Under the pieces are notes generated by a model that searched no databases, was not told the origin of the DNA, and saw only the letters and a list, made by a program, of their open reading frames with translations. A DNA stretch of 64,000 nucleotides from a virus. The stretch is taken from positions 1-64,000 of IMG/VR virus record IMGVR_UViG_2890901082_000001, one strand, 5' to 3'. Position numbers and translations under genes: made by a program. Shown here piece after piece: positions 43,999-53,402 of this stretch (within the stretch, counting starts at the first letter, position 1; every line of letters begins with the position of its first letter).

Positions 43999-44215
43999 AA
44001 TGTTTTTTAAGTTTAATAATACTTAAATCTACATTGGGGATTCATGAAATCAATGCCTCTTATAAATTACTATTCAACCGTTTTATTTCTGTTTATTTTT
44101 GTCGTGAGTAGATTTTATTTAGTAGTTGGAATATTTATACATTAAAAGTTTTTAAAGCTTATACGAGCAAATATAAAAGCTTTTTCAAAATAATTATAAT
44201 TATTTCTAAAAGTAT

Positions 44216-44249
44216 AAAAAAAAGACACATTTCAGTGAAACATGCCTTT
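44216..44249 (-). terminator. intrinsic terminator downstream of the radC-like gene
   Basis: The minus RNA forms a 12-bp stem (with G-U pairs) followed by U8. Confidence 0.55.
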
Positions 44250-44277
44250 AAAGTAAAAGTATTACTCTTGTATAAGT

Positions 44278-44721
44278 TTATATAAGTCCTTCGTCTGCAA
44301 ACGAGTAGTATCCTTGATCACTGATTACCAAGTGATCTAACACGGGTAGTTCTAGATATTTCCCCGCTGCTTTTATTTTGTTCGTAAACTGTATATCAGC
44401 CGAGCTTGGCTGAAGATTACCTGAGGGGTGATTGTGCACTAAGATCACCGAACTTGCCTGTGCGACAAGTGCGTGACCGAAAACTTTTTTGGGGTCTGCT
44501 GACGTTCCTGCAATACCACCAATGGATATAGTTTTCACCCCAATCACTTCGTTGGCTCTGTCAATTAAGATTATTTTTAGGGACTCATAAAAAGCTATGT
44601 CGTCCCCATAAAACGGGAGAATAATTCTATATCCGTCCTTAGATGTTCTAAGCCTTCCAAGTGACTTTTCTCTGTTTATCTCATAGGAGTATTTCAACTC
44701 CTTTATCATGAAGTCTTCCAT
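44278..44721 (-). CDS. radC: RadC-like JAB/MPN domain protein
   Basis: JAMM-type signature VHNHPSGNLQPSSADIQFT. Confidence 0.8.
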   Translation of the reverse strand: MEDFMIKELKYSYEINREKSLGRLRTSKDGYRIILPFYGDDIAFYESLKIILIDRANEVIGVKTISIGGIAGTSADPKKVFGHALVAQASSVILVHNHPSGNLQPSSADIQFTNKIKAAGKYLELPVLDHLVISDQGYYSFADEGLI

Positions 44722-44960
44722 TATGCTCTCTTTACCTTTAATGCTGTAGACAAGTTCTTGCTACATGTTTTTAAATCTTTTAGTGTACCTTCATTGATGC
44801 GATTTTTTCGCTTCAATGAGTCTTCGATTAGTCTGAGAGCGTGGGAGCCTCTATTTATGTATAGAGGGTTGGACTTCTTAAGTCCTTGGACAGCTGCTTT
44901 TGCCATTGCTATCCTTTTTTGGGCGATAACCTCTTGTAGAGGAGAAAATGCTTTCTTCAT
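44721..44960 (-). CDS. hypothetical protein (79 aa)
   Basis: 1-nt overlap with radC. Motif and box upstream. Confidence 0.45.
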   Translation of the reverse strand: MKKAFSPLQEVIAQKRIAMAKAAVQGLKKSNPLYINRGSHALRLIEDSLKRKNRINEGTLKDLKTCSKNLSTALKVKRA

Positions 44961-44974
44961 TTAATTTTAAGTTT

Positions 44975-44986
44975 AATATTTGTGTG
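44975..44986 (-). promoter_or_regulatory. conserved upstream motif copy, 14 nt before ATG 44960
   Basis: aatatttgtgtg on the + strand, preceded by ttaagtttaa. Confidence 0.6.
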
Positions 44987-45098
44987 TATCGTAATATTAA
45001 GCATATAGGGGATCTCGCAGCACACCTCTAGCAGATCTGAAAAGGCACAAAAAAAGGAAGCACAAAAGCACTCCCCTTTCTCTACTGATTTATCATGC

Positions 45099-46256
45099 CT
45101 AATAAATTTCTTTTGCTAGTTCTTCTAACTCTTTCGAGTTGAGGATTTGTTCAACTTTTTGATCGACCTCTTTTTGGGTCAACCTTTTTAGCTGGTCTAT
45201 CATTTTCTCTGTTGACAGCACCTTTCCATTGCTAAGAATAAACTTGTCTTTTGACAGTGGTGATACAACCACTCCCCCATACTTAATTGATAGTGGGTAC
45301 TCTTTGAACTGTAACTTCTCTCCATTAGGTGAGATTCCTAAATCTTTAAGTGTTCTTTTAAGTAGGCTTAATGCCTTATGTGCTTCAGGAAACTTTACCT
45401 CCAGACCATCTTCCACGTTTTTATCCTTAACTATTTCGGGATCAAATGCGTGATCATGCAAGGCACTAATCCAATCAGTATATTCCTGAGTAATTCCGTT
45501 GGTTGCAGCTTTTAGTAGTTTTGTTTTGTTTCCATACTGACTTCTGACGTTGCCATTTTTCTGAACCTGGTAACTGTTGCCATTGCTTGAGAGGTAAGAC
45601 ACCCCCTCATATAAACCATTAATTACTTTCGGGAATTTCGATACGATTCTCCCTGTTTCTAAACTTTTGTATACGGGCATTTCTTCATCAAATCGCCCTG
45701 TCCACTCTAAGTTGAGTGCGACCATTAATCGAAAGTTCAATTTTGGGAACTTTTGGCCTTCACGTTGGGAGACTATAGGTTGGGGTGACATTACCCCATC
45801 GTACCAAAGTGTTTCAATCTTATCCTTAATATGGGTTAGGTCTATAGCTTTTTTTCGTTTCTCATAGGTACGATTTACAAAGTAATACCGTTCCTCGATT
45901 CCGGTTTCTGTATGCTCCACCTCCAACACTCGCTTGTTGTGGCTCATGTTAAATCTAGGGTTATGTGGATCTGATTTAATCCTCTCGATTAAGTAATCCA
46001 ATGTTTTGGCGGATTCTTTGTAATCAACTACGGCCTTTTGGTAGGCTGTTCTGTTGCAGATTTCAAGCTGTTTTTCAATCCTTTCGTCAGTAAAAGACTG
46101 AACTTCTTTTTCTAGTTTTAGTTTAAGGGCTAAGAGGCCGTTATCTGCCTCAAGATTCTTTTTCACTTCCATTTCGAAAGTGTTCTTAGGGGACTTTCCT
46201 TTTTTAAGATTTTCTTTTACTTCCTCTACTCTTCTTAGGTAATCCGTTACGTTCAT
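45099..46256 (-). CDS. hypothetical protein (385 aa)
   Basis: Start moved to MNVTDYLRR (ATG 46256), because the motif copy at 46277 lies inside the longer track ORF. Confidence 0.5.
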   Translation of the reverse strand: MNVTDYLRRVEEVKENLKKGKSPKNTFEMEVKKNLEADNGLLALKLKLEKEVQSFTDERIEKQLEICNRTAYQKAVVDYKESAKTLDYLIERIKSDPHNPRFNMSHNKRVLEVEHTETGIEERYYFVNRTYEKRKKAIDLTHIKDKIETLWYDGVMSPQPIVSQREGQKFPKLNFRLMVALNLEWTGRFDEEMPVYKSLETGRIVSKFPKVINGLYEGVSYLSSNGNSYQVQKNGNVRSQYGNKTKLLKAATNGITQEYTDWISALHDHAFDPEIVKDKNVEDGLEVKFPEAHKALSLLKRTLKDLGISPNGEKLQFKEYPLSIKYGGVVVSPLSKDKFILSNGKVLSTEKMIDQLKRLTQKEVDQKVEQILNSKELEELAKEIY

Positions 46257-46276
46257 GACTTTTAAATTTAAATTAA

Positions 46277-46288
46277 AATATTTGTGTG
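46277..46288 (-). promoter_or_regulatory. conserved upstream motif copy, 20 nt before ATG 46256
   Basis: aatatttgtgtg on the + strand. Confidence 0.6.
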
Positions 46289-46357
46289 TTTCTATATATG
46301 TAAATGTAAGGGTCAATTTTTCACGTTGGTATGCCTAGGAAAACTCTGTAGAAGAAC

Positions 46358-46385
46358 AAAAAATCACTCCACAAAGTAGAGTGAC
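46358..46385 (-). terminator. intrinsic terminator, with a hairpin shared in inverted orientation with 1010-1028
   Basis: The minus RNA forms TCACTC-tactttgtg-GAGTGA followed by U6. Confidence 0.5.
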
Positions 46386-46405
46386 TTTAAGTAAAAAAAT
46401 GCTAT

Positions 46406-46654
46406 CTAGAACCTCACTACAGTAAGCACTTCGGAGTCAATAAATAACTCCTGTATTCTCATTCTTGCTTCTTGATAATTTGTATACTGTTCGGGGTGTA
46501 TTAGTAAGTCCCCTTCCACGTTTTCAATTTCGTACTGAAACTGAGTTTTCTTTTGTGGAAATTTTAGGAGAATGACTCCTTTCCCCTTCAATTCAAACTC
46601 AAGGCAAAGACCATATCGCCTTAATTTTTTGTCTTTAATTTTAATACCAATCAT
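46406..46654 (-). CDS. hypothetical protein (82 aa)
   Basis: ORF track. Confidence 0.4.
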   Translation of the reverse strand: MIGIKIKDKKLRRYGLCLEFELKGKGVILLKFPQKKTQFQYEIENVEGDLLIHPEQYTNYQEARMRIQELFIDSEVLTVVRF

Positions 46655-46656
46655 AA

Positions 46657-47058
46657 TTAACGGTTACTGACATATGAAACAATCACAAGGACTTCCTCGT
46701 TTTTATCGAAATTTTCTTGGACGTTTGGAATTAACGTCTTTCGGTAGACACTTCCCTTAGTAATAAACGAAGTGCTTTCTAAACTATAATTGAGGACTTT
46801 CTCCACAAACTCCTCTAGTAATTGAAGCCATCTAGCGTATGACTTCTCCATCGAGGTTTCCCACTGATTCGAGAACTGACGGGATAGTTCACAACTTACC
46901 CGCTCAGCTTCACTCTTAAAGCCTAGCTCTTTGGTATCCTTTCTCCAGTATTCTTCATTTTCGGAGAAATCATTATCATGTTCTAGGATTCCCAGAAACA
47001 TGTCGGGTTTTTGGGGTAGCACAACTGTATTAATGATGTGCATTTTGCTATACCTCAT
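46657..47058 (-). CDS. hypothetical protein (133 aa)
   Basis: ORF track. Confidence 0.45.
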   Translation of the reverse strand: MRYSKMHIINTVVLPQKPDMFLGILEHDNDFSENEEYWRKDTKELGFKSEAERVSCELSRQFSNQWETSMEKSYARWLQLLEEFVEKVLNYSLESTSFITKGSVYRKTLIPNVQENFDKNEEVLVIVSYVSNR

Positions 47059-47063
47059 GTTGT

Positions 47064-47420
47064 TTAATTTAACTCTATAATACGGGGGGTTACCCTGTCG
47101 ATGTAGTTTTCAAATCCTTGGGTAAATGACTTGGTATTTGTATAAATCTCAACCCCTTCAACTTTAATATTAATTACAGATTCATTCGTACAGAACCCTA
47201 ATCTAAAGTTAAGGGAGTCTTCATGCTTGACTTCTTTCCCAACAATTTCGCAGTTTTTTAAACTCCACCGTTCCATAAATACTAAGGCAACGATTTTATC
47301 TGCAGTTACCTCAAACTGATATGAATTTGGAGGGTTTTCAAAACATGATCCATCAAACAGCATGAGCATTTCCCCATACTTACTTCTTAATAGATCTATG
47401 TTATCAATTATAGATTGCAT
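47064..47420 (-). CDS. hypothetical protein (118 aa)
   Basis: ORF track. Confidence 0.45.
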   Translation of the reverse strand: MQSIIDNIDLLRSKYGEMLMLFDGSCFENPPNSYQFEVTADKIVALVFMERWSLKNCEIVGKEVKHEDSLNFRLGFCTNESVINIKVEGVEIYTNTKSFTQGFENYIDRVTPRIIELN

Positions 47421-47679
47421 AAATGTTATTCTTATTAAAAATAACGATGTCCTTGTAGGACAGAGACGGGTTTAGTAGGTCATTGTCAACAGAAGCTATA
47501 ACTTTATCTCCTTCTACTTTCAATACTCTAGTCCAAAATCTTTCTGCTTCATAGCAGATTTTCACTATATCGTGAACCTTTAAGTTATCAAGCTCTTCTT
47601 TATTTGGAGCTGAAAAGGTATCAGGATGTTTAATCCTTAAATCTTGTGCGTTTTCTGCACTTGTTCTTAAGTCAATCAT
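47404..47679 (-). CDS. hypothetical protein (91 aa)
   Basis: Start moved to MIDLRTSAEN, because the longer ORF would run through the terminator hairpin at 47692-47723. Confidence 0.45.
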   Translation of the reverse strand: MIDLRTSAENAQDLRIKHPDTFSAPNKEELDNLKVHDIVKICYEAERFWTRVLKVEGDKVIASVDNDLLNPSLSYKDIVIFNKNNIYAIYN

Positions 47680-47691
47680 TATTTTGAGTAT

Positions 47692-47723
47692 AAAAAAAGA
47701 GTGCTTAATCAAGCACTCCTCTT
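47692..47723 (-). terminator. strong intrinsic terminator after the lipoprotein gene
   Basis: GAGTGCTT-aatc-AAGCACTC is a perfect 8-bp stem. U7 follows on the minus RNA. Confidence 0.7.
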
Positions 47724-47729
47724 TGCGTT

Positions 47730-48380
47730 TTATCTTATTTTATTGAGGTCTTTATATCCCTCATTTACATCAATTTCTATCCTATAATAGCCACTTTCTA
47801 GGGTTACCCACTCAGGCAGATTATCCTCGTAGTTATAATTCTTTGCCGTAATGTGATTCACCTCTTCGTCTCTTGCTGTATCCCAATACGTAGTTGGGAG
47901 AGTGTACGTGTGTGCGTACATTAGCTCAGAGAAGTTGTAAGTATTCGGAGTTAGATCCTTTAATATAAGAGTATAACTATCTTTCAAGGATTCCCTATCT
48001 TCTTCATGTCGAATTCTATCATGTAAAGAAGCAGTGTTGGACTCCCCCAGATTATCTACAGCGTATCCATCCTCAGCACTATAGAAAGTGTCAACCTCCG
48101 CATGCATATTAACCATAAAGAATACCTGGTATGGGGATGTGTTAGTCATCGTATCCTCGTAACTTGATACATATTCCTCAATTCCTGAAAAGGTAACTTC
48201 TAAAGTAACCTTCGAGGTGTCATAGTCAGCAAACGTTAGAGTGTCGTATACTTCAACCTGAACATATACTGTATCGGATACTGTTTCGGCCTCCGGTGTT
48301 AGGTTGTTTACTTCATCGCATGAGGGTAGAGAGAGCATGGCTGCTCCTGTCAGTAAAAGGGTGCTAATCAGCTTTTTCAT
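47730..48380 (-). CDS. putative lipoprotein (216 aa)
   Basis: Signal peptide plus lipobox-like MKKLISTLLLTGAAMLSLPSCDE. Confidence 0.6.
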   Translation of the reverse strand: MKKLISTLLLTGAAMLSLPSCDEVNNLTPEAETVSDTVYVQVEVYDTLTFADYDTSKVTLEVTFSGIEEYVSSYEDTMTNTSPYQVFFMVNMHAEVDTFYSAEDGYAVDNLGESNTASLHDRIRHEEDRESLKDSYTLILKDLTPNTYNFSELMYAHTYTLPTTYWDTARDEEVNHITAKNYNYEDNLPEWVTLESGYYRIEIDVNEGYKDLNKIR

Positions 48381-48416
48381 TTTTCTTTAGTTTTTATTTA
48401 ATGGGTATAAAGGTAT

Positions 48417-48450
48417 AATAAAAATAGGTAATACATAAGTATCACCTATT
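48417..48450 (-). terminator. possible intrinsic terminator
   Basis: AATAGGT / ACCTATT 7-bp stem with a 14-nt loop. U-rich tail on the minus RNA. Confidence 0.35.
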
Positions 48451-48469
48451 TAATCTTTTTTTGGGTTAA

Positions 48470-48733
48470 TTATTTTAGTAGGGTCTTGAGGATCTGCCAC
48501 CTATGATGTGCTACAATATGATGGCTAATTAACTCTTCCATAAAAGAGCCTTTTTCCAGAAGCCACCCCCAATTCTCTTTAACTAAGGGGTCTGTTAGTA
48601 CAATAGAAAATATCAAGATTTCTCCTGCTTGGTTATCCAAGTTTTCTAGATTTTTCTTTGCGAACTCTGCCAACCTCTTCTGATCATTCGCAAGATCTGA
48701 CATTTGTACTTTTAGTTCCCAAATCATACTCAA
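48470..48733 (-). CDS. hypothetical protein (87 aa)
   Basis: ORF track. 4-nt overlap with the upstream gene. Confidence 0.4.
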   Translation of the reverse strand: MSMIWELKVQMSDLANDQKRLAEFAKKNLENLDNQAGEILIFSIVLTDPLVKENWGWLLEKGSFMEELISHHIVAHHRWQILKTLLK

Positions 48734-49122
48734 GATGCTTTAACGATTCCTATTTTCAGGTTCCCTCTTTCAATAAGAATTTCACCAGAAATGTTGTCAC
48801 CTAAAACTAAGGCATCCTTACTTGGCGAAAGGTTTGGGACCTCTACTAATTTTTGTCTGCCTCCTTGGTGTGTTACACCAATTTCAGCACTATAGATGTA
48901 TGTAGGTTCTCCTCTTTTCCACGACTCATATTTACTCTGCATGAGTTGTACGGGTATAAAAGAGTATCCCTGATGAACGAGAGCTACAACAGGGAAATAC
49001 TTCCCTGTAGCAAACTCTCCTTTCGGAACTTGATTGATTACTGTTTTTCTGTTGACATCAAAAGCTCGAATTATTATCCCGCTTTTTTTACGTCCGTTGA
49101 TGTTTGTGTGAATACTTACCAT
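48730..49122 (-). CDS. hypothetical protein (130 aa)
   Basis: ORF track. Confidence 0.45.
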   Translation of the reverse strand: MVSIHTNINGRKKSGIIIRAFDVNRKTVINQVPKGEFATGKYFPVVALVHQGYSFIPVQLMQSKYESWKRGEPTYIYSAEIGVTHQGGRQKLVEVPNLSPSKDALVLGDNISGEILIERGNLKIGIVKAS

Positions 49123-49607
49123 TAGCTATATTTCTTTTTAAGAATCCTTTTGCAAGAATCCATGATTCTATTTATGTCCTCTTCTGATTTATGTGTGCAG
49201 ATTAGTTGCACTATTAGACCTTCACTGAAAGAAAGTTCATTTTCTTCAATAAAGTCTTCAATATCCTTATCCTTAATAGTACTTAGCGCTACTTCAACTT
49301 CTTCAATTACCTCTTCAAACTGAACTATTGCTTGAGGTGCTTTAATTTCCTTTTCTAGCCAAATTTTTTGTTCTATGAACTCTGAATATCGAGAGATTGC
49401 GGGTCTTAGTCCTAGTGCTGATTTTTTTGGAATTCCTGAGTCTTCAGAAATCAGTTCTATGTAGGTATCCACTTCCCCACGGCCAATGTTGTCGAGAGTC
49501 CCCACGCTCTCTTCTGCTCGCTGTACATTATAAATATACTGCTGTGCTGTACTTGTCGATAGTCCTTGTGCTTTTAGATAGCTTCTGAATTCGTTCTTGA
49601 ATTTCAT
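49122..49607 (-). CDS. hypothetical protein (161 aa)
   Basis: ORF track. Motif and box upstream. Confidence 0.45.
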   Translation of the reverse strand: MKFKNEFRSYLKAQGLSTSTAQQYIYNVQRAEESVGTLDNIGRGEVDTYIELISEDSGIPKKSALGLRPAISRYSEFIEQKIWLEKEIKAPQAIVQFEEVIEEVEVALSTIKDKDIEDFIEENELSFSEGLIVQLICTHKSEEDINRIMDSCKRILKKKYS

Positions 49608-49617
49608 TTTTAAGTTT

Positions 49618-49629
49618 AATATTTGTGTG
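49618..49629 (-). promoter_or_regulatory. conserved upstream motif copy, 10 nt before ATG 49607
   Basis: aatatttgtgtg on the + strand, preceded by ttaagtttaa. Confidence 0.6.
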
Positions 49630-49649
49630 AAAAAAATAAATTTGCCGTT

Positions 49650-50066
49650 CTAGTCCTGTTTTGGTTTGTACACTTCAACAAACTCTTCAAACTCCTCTAA
49701 CACTTCTTGAATGTTATCATAGAAGTAGTTCATATCATATCGGGCATGCCAAAGCAATTCCCACATGTCTCTTTGGAATTTTTCGTTCACCTTTTTGGTT
49801 TTCTTCTTCGCCACATAGCAATCGAAGATGCTTTCAACCTTATTGAAGTAATCGTGGAGTTTTAAGAAGGGCTTTACCTTCTCTTCATCCATTTCTTTTA
49901 CCGCTTTTTCTATTAGCGATTTTAATCCATCTCCCTCAAGCTTTTCCGTGAGGTCTGTCACTTTAGATTCTACAACATCATAGAAGACATCTACCTCAGC
50001 TAATGCCGTATGGTAGTCGCATCCTCTATGCTCTCGAATCTTATCAATAATCTCCTGCTTAAGCAT
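49650..50066 (-). CDS. hypothetical protein (138 aa)
   Basis: ORF track. Confidence 0.45.
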   Translation of the reverse strand: MLKQEIIDKIREHRGCDYHTALAEVDVFYDVVESKVTDLTEKLEGDGLKSLIEKAVKEMDEEKVKPFLKLHDYFNKVESIFDCYVAKKKTKKVNEKFQRDMWELLWHARYDMNYFYDNIQEVLEEFEEFVEVYKPKQD

Positions 50067-50158
50067 ATTTAAATTTAAGTTTTACATTAAGAGTTTTTTC
50101 TTAGTGTGATATATGTATTATAGTAGATCTAAATAAGTAAGATCTTCCTGTGATAACT

Positions 50159-51514
50159 TTATGCAGATTTTTTTAAGCATTCCACACCATTAATTACTGC
50201 CATAATTAAGCTCCTTGCCATGTTTACTTCAACAGCATTGCCGATGTACTTTTTCTTTTCCGTTTGGGTTCCCACCAGCTCATAGGATTCAGGAAATCCT
50301 TGTATTTTTTTCAACTCATCAATATTCAGCATCCTCATGCTAATGTCTTTGATTCCATAAGCCTGCATGAACCTCTTTATCTTCTGTGTATTGTCAGAAT
50401 CCTTCGTGTCAATTTTTAAATGCTCACCTTCTTGTACTGAAACCAAGTACGGAGGCGCCTTATCCATTCTAGCAATAAGAGTAAAACAAGGGTTTTCTAA
50501 AGACTTCCCTTTGCTAGCGTATTGAGGGTTTAGTAGAAACTGAGCCTCTACTACATTGTACTTGGGTATCGTTGTGAGTGACCCACAGGGTTCGTCAACG
50601 GATTTCGGTCTTCCATTTCCAAATTGCTGATCAATAAAGATCATGCTATATCTATCCTTAGTTGTTATTGTTCCTGACGGAGAATCGATACTATGTGCGG
50701 ATCCCTGTCCATAGTAGGAAGTCAGAAACGTAGTATCTCCTCCGGCTACGAACTTTTCTAACCCTAAATAGATGCGATTTAATGTTGACTCGGCTAGAGC
50801 CTTTTTTCTATTGAAGATAGAGTCCCCTCTAACATCGAGGTCTAAGACTTCTTTTACGGGTTTCCAAGGTTGCTTGTATCCTTCAAAAAGGTCACTTGGG
50901 TTTGGTCTTTTTGCATGTGTGGGTTGGGGAAAGCTTATCGGGAGCCCTTCTTTTACGAACTGTATAAACAATCTAGATCTAGACTGATATGCCCCATAGT
51001 CAGCCGAATTTAGTATTCGGGATTCCATTCGGTATCCCAAATTGCACACTTTTTTAGACCATCTTAAAAAGCTTCTTCCCTTAAATCTAGAGAGAGGTTT
51101 TCCATTTTCATCCAATGGCCCCCATGCTAAGAACTCTCTGACGTTCTCAACCATGAATATATTGGGCTGGATCTCCTCCAAGTAGGAGAACATATGTTCT
51201 GCTAAACTTCTTGAGTCCGCTTTTTTGGGTTTTCCACCTTTAGCGTTACTAAAATTCGTACACTCTAAAGAAGCCCAGAGACATATGAGAGCTGACGGGT
51301 CTTTTTTTCTTAAGTCCTTAGCCATAACTCCCAAAGCAGCGGATACGGCTAAGTCTCGAATATCCTCCGTAAAATGTCTTGCTCCTGGGTGATTTTTTGT
51401 ATGAGACAGTATTGCGTTTTTGTCGTGATTCACACACGCAATTACATTTGCTCCTGCTAAGTGAGCGCCTGTACTCGTCCCTCCCGCACCGCAGAATAGA
51501 TCGATGAAATACAT
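50159..51514 (-). CDS. dcm: DNA (cytosine-5)-methyltransferase
   Basis: Motif I FIDLFCGAGGTSTG. Catalytic variant WASLECTNFSNAKGG. Also MVENV, QSRSRLF and C-terminal IGNAV. Confidence 0.85.
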   Translation of the reverse strand: MYFIDLFCGAGGTSTGAHLAGANVIACVNHDKNAILSHTKNHPGARHFTEDIRDLAVSAALGVMAKDLRKKDPSALICLWASLECTNFSNAKGGKPKKADSRSLAEHMFSYLEEIQPNIFMVENVREFLAWGPLDENGKPLSRFKGRSFLRWSKKVCNLGYRMESRILNSADYGAYQSRSRLFIQFVKEGLPISFPQPTHAKRPNPSDLFEGYKQPWKPVKEVLDLDVRGDSIFNRKKALAESTLNRIYLGLEKFVAGGDTTFLTSYYGQGSAHSIDSPSGTITTKDRYSMIFIDQQFGNGRPKSVDEPCGSLTTIPKYNVVEAQFLLNPQYASKGKSLENPCFTLIARMDKAPPYLVSVQEGEHLKIDTKDSDNTQKIKRFMQAYGIKDISMRMLNIDELKKIQGFPESYELVGTQTEKKKYIGNAVEVNMARSLIMAVINGVECLKKSA

Positions 51515-51526
51515 ATAATTTTAAGT

Positions 51527-51877
51527 TTAAAGTCCAAACACTTCCTCTTCACTCACTCCAAAGTGGTCTACAGCTAAATCTTGGATTTCGTCTAAAAGAC
51601 CCAAAACACCGTCTAGCGTTTCTGCTGTATCTTTTTGGCTTTTATCCTTTGATTCGCCATAGGCCAGAATGACTTCAGATAAAGCCTCTTTTTGTTCTCT
51701 TAGTAAAGCAAAATCAATTTTTATTCCTCGGTCTTTTTCTAAAATCTCTCTTGTGGATTTTAACTCAGACTTAGATGTTTTCGAATGAGACTCCCCTGAA
51801 TTGATCATTGAATTCAACAATCCAAGAGTGCTTAACGCCTGTACTTTTTCGTCAGATGATACAAGTAAAAATTTCAT
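51527..51877 (-). CDS. hypothetical protein (116 aa)
   Basis: ORF track. Confidence 0.4.
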   Translation of the reverse strand: MKFLLVSSDEKVQALSTLGLLNSMINSGESHSKTSKSELKSTREILEKDRGIKIDFALLREQKEALSEVILAYGESKDKSQKDTAETLDGVLGLLDEIQDLAVDHFGVSEEEVFGL

Positions 51878-51907
51878 TGCTTTTCTTATTTGTTATATAG
51901 GCATAAT

Positions 51908-51933
51908 AAAAAGGCTAACTAAAAAAGTTAGCC
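51908..51933 (-). terminator. intrinsic terminator ending the queC-dpdA-queD operon
   Basis: GGCTAACT-aaaaa-AGTTAGCC is a perfect 8-bp stem. U5 follows on the minus RNA. Confidence 0.6.
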
Positions 51934-51961
51934 CTTTAGAAAAAAGTGTATCGGTATGATA

Positions 51962-52327
51962 TTAAAATTCTAAAATGCTTTCTACATACTTTCCTTGGAA
52001 AGCAAATCCAATCTCATTAAAGTTTTTGTACTCCTCCTCGTCACATCGGGCAACAATGGCATTTACGCCAACTGCTTCGCACCTCTCAACTGCATTAGCT
52101 ATGATTTCTTTATAAAAATCTGTATTGTCAGAAAGGTAGCAGAGTGTGAGCGTTGCTACGTTAGGATGTATGCCTAACAAGTAGAAACCAATTAATTCTT
52201 CTGAATAAAAGGCTGCATAAATAAAGTCACCATCTTCACACGAAATCTCCTCTTCTAGATAGGAGTTAAGTGTTTCAATATCGAGTTTTATGTATTCCAT
52301 TGTGTTCATTCCTATTACCTTAGTCAT
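51962..52327 (-). CDS. hypothetical protein, weakly GNAT-acetyltransferase-like (121 aa)
   Basis: The C-terminal half (AVERCEAVGVNAIVARCDEEEYKNFNEIGFAF) loosely resembles the GNAT core. Weak. Confidence 0.3.
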   Translation of the reverse strand: MTKVIGMNTMEYIKLDIETLNSYLEEEISCEDGDFIYAAFYSEELIGFYLLGIHPNVATLTLCYLSDNTDFYKEIIANAVERCEAVGVNAIVARCDEEEYKNFNEIGFAFQGKYVESILEF

Positions 52328-52328
52328 T

Positions 52329-52790
52329 TTAGGTTAAGTTTAATTCGTAAATACTTCTTGGAGTTTCCTCAAATCTAATCCTTGTAAGTACTATTCCTTC
52401 AGGAAGCCTATTCTTAATATAGTTTGCTATATACCTACAGATTACCTCAGATGTTGGGGGTTGTTGTAACCAAACAACTTTTCCTTTCATCCCAAATCTT
52501 TTTCCTAAATATCTGTCCTGTAATGCTGCAAGCTCCTGCATGTAGGGATCATTCTCCTCAGCGATTAACGAGTGATCCAATTTTTCAATTACTTCTTTTA
52601 CAATTTTTCCCGCATCGCCAAAGGGCATTTCTACACTATCAACTTCTGAGGTACTTTTCACCTCTACTTCTAAACTAGCGTTATGCCCGTGCAAGCTTGC
52701 ACATGGATCTTCACCTTTCTTCATTTCAGCGAAAATCATATTAGCATGTGCAAAGCTTATACTATGATCGTATTTTTTAATTACTGACAT
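52329..52790 (-). CDS. queD: 6-carboxy-5,6,7,8-tetrahydropterin synthase (QueD/PTPS family)
   Basis: SFAHANMIF...CASLHGHNASLEVEV (C-x3-H-G-H). Start taken at MSVIKKYDH. Confidence 0.8.
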   Translation of the reverse strand: MSVIKKYDHSISFAHANMIFAEMKKGEDPCASLHGHNASLEVEVKSTSEVDSVEMPFGDAGKIVKEVIEKLDHSLIAEENDPYMQELAALQDRYLGKRFGMKGKVVWLQQPPTSEVICRYIANYIKNRLPEGIVLTRIRFEETPRSIYELNLT

Positions 52791-53091
52791 TTTCCTCCAC
52801 TTTTTTTGTAAAACTGCTTTCGAAAATCTGTTTAGAGATTCTAAGAGGATAATCATCTTCTTTACCCAAGTCTTTTACCAGATAGTCATCCTTAAATATT
52901 ACGAGTGTAGGAAGCTCTTTCTGATAGAATTCGATCTTACCCGTTTTCTCAAAATATTTGAACTTTGCTTTATTTTCTGAGGTGTTCTTCACCGTCCCTT
53001 TTCCATAGAAAAACTCGATGACTTTTTGTGCGTTTTTCCCTGTCCACTGTATAGCGTTTACCTCTTGTGGATTTCTTACGTAAATGTCCAT
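52777..53091 (-). CDS. hypothetical protein (104 aa)
   Basis: ORF track. Overlaps the queD start by 14 nt. Confidence 0.45.
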   Translation of the reverse strand: MDIYVRNPQEVNAIQWTGKNAQKVIEFFYGKGTVKNTSENKAKFKYFEKTGKIEFYQKELPTLVIFKDDYLVKDLGKEDDYPLRISKQIFESSFTKKVEENVSN

Positions 53092-53402
53092 TATGATGCG
53101 TATAAAAAAATGAATGAAATGTCACCTTCTTTAGTGACCCTAATTTTGACTACATTTTCAAGGGGTAATTGCATAGAATCTTGAGTAGAAGTATATGCCC
53201 CCACATATCCATTCCCACCATCAACTTCAACTGTAGCTCCGTTGATGTTTGATAAGAGAACAGACTTAGCCCCTGTGCAATCCAACTCAACACCTCCATT
53301 CGCTGCTGTTGGAGAATTAATGCTGTTTTCATCACTCAACTTTGGTGTTAGTGATTTCACCTGAAAGGATTTGCTGTAGAATGTTTGTGTACCTGCTTCC
53401 AT
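53091..53402 (-). CDS. hypothetical protein (103 aa)
   Basis: ORF track. 1-nt overlap with the downstream gene. Confidence 0.45.
   Translation of the reverse strand: MEAGTQTFYSKSFQVKSLTPKLSDENSINSPTAANGGVELDCTGAKSVLLSNINGATVEVDGGNGYVGAYTSTQDSMQLPLENVVKIRVTKEGDISFIFLYAS

Noticed and set aside
49122-49607. Possible integrase, from an N-terminal segment faintly reminiscent of a SAM-like core-binding domain
   Set aside because: It is only 161 aa, has no tyrosine-recombinase catalytic R-H-R-Y region, and the similarity is too weak.
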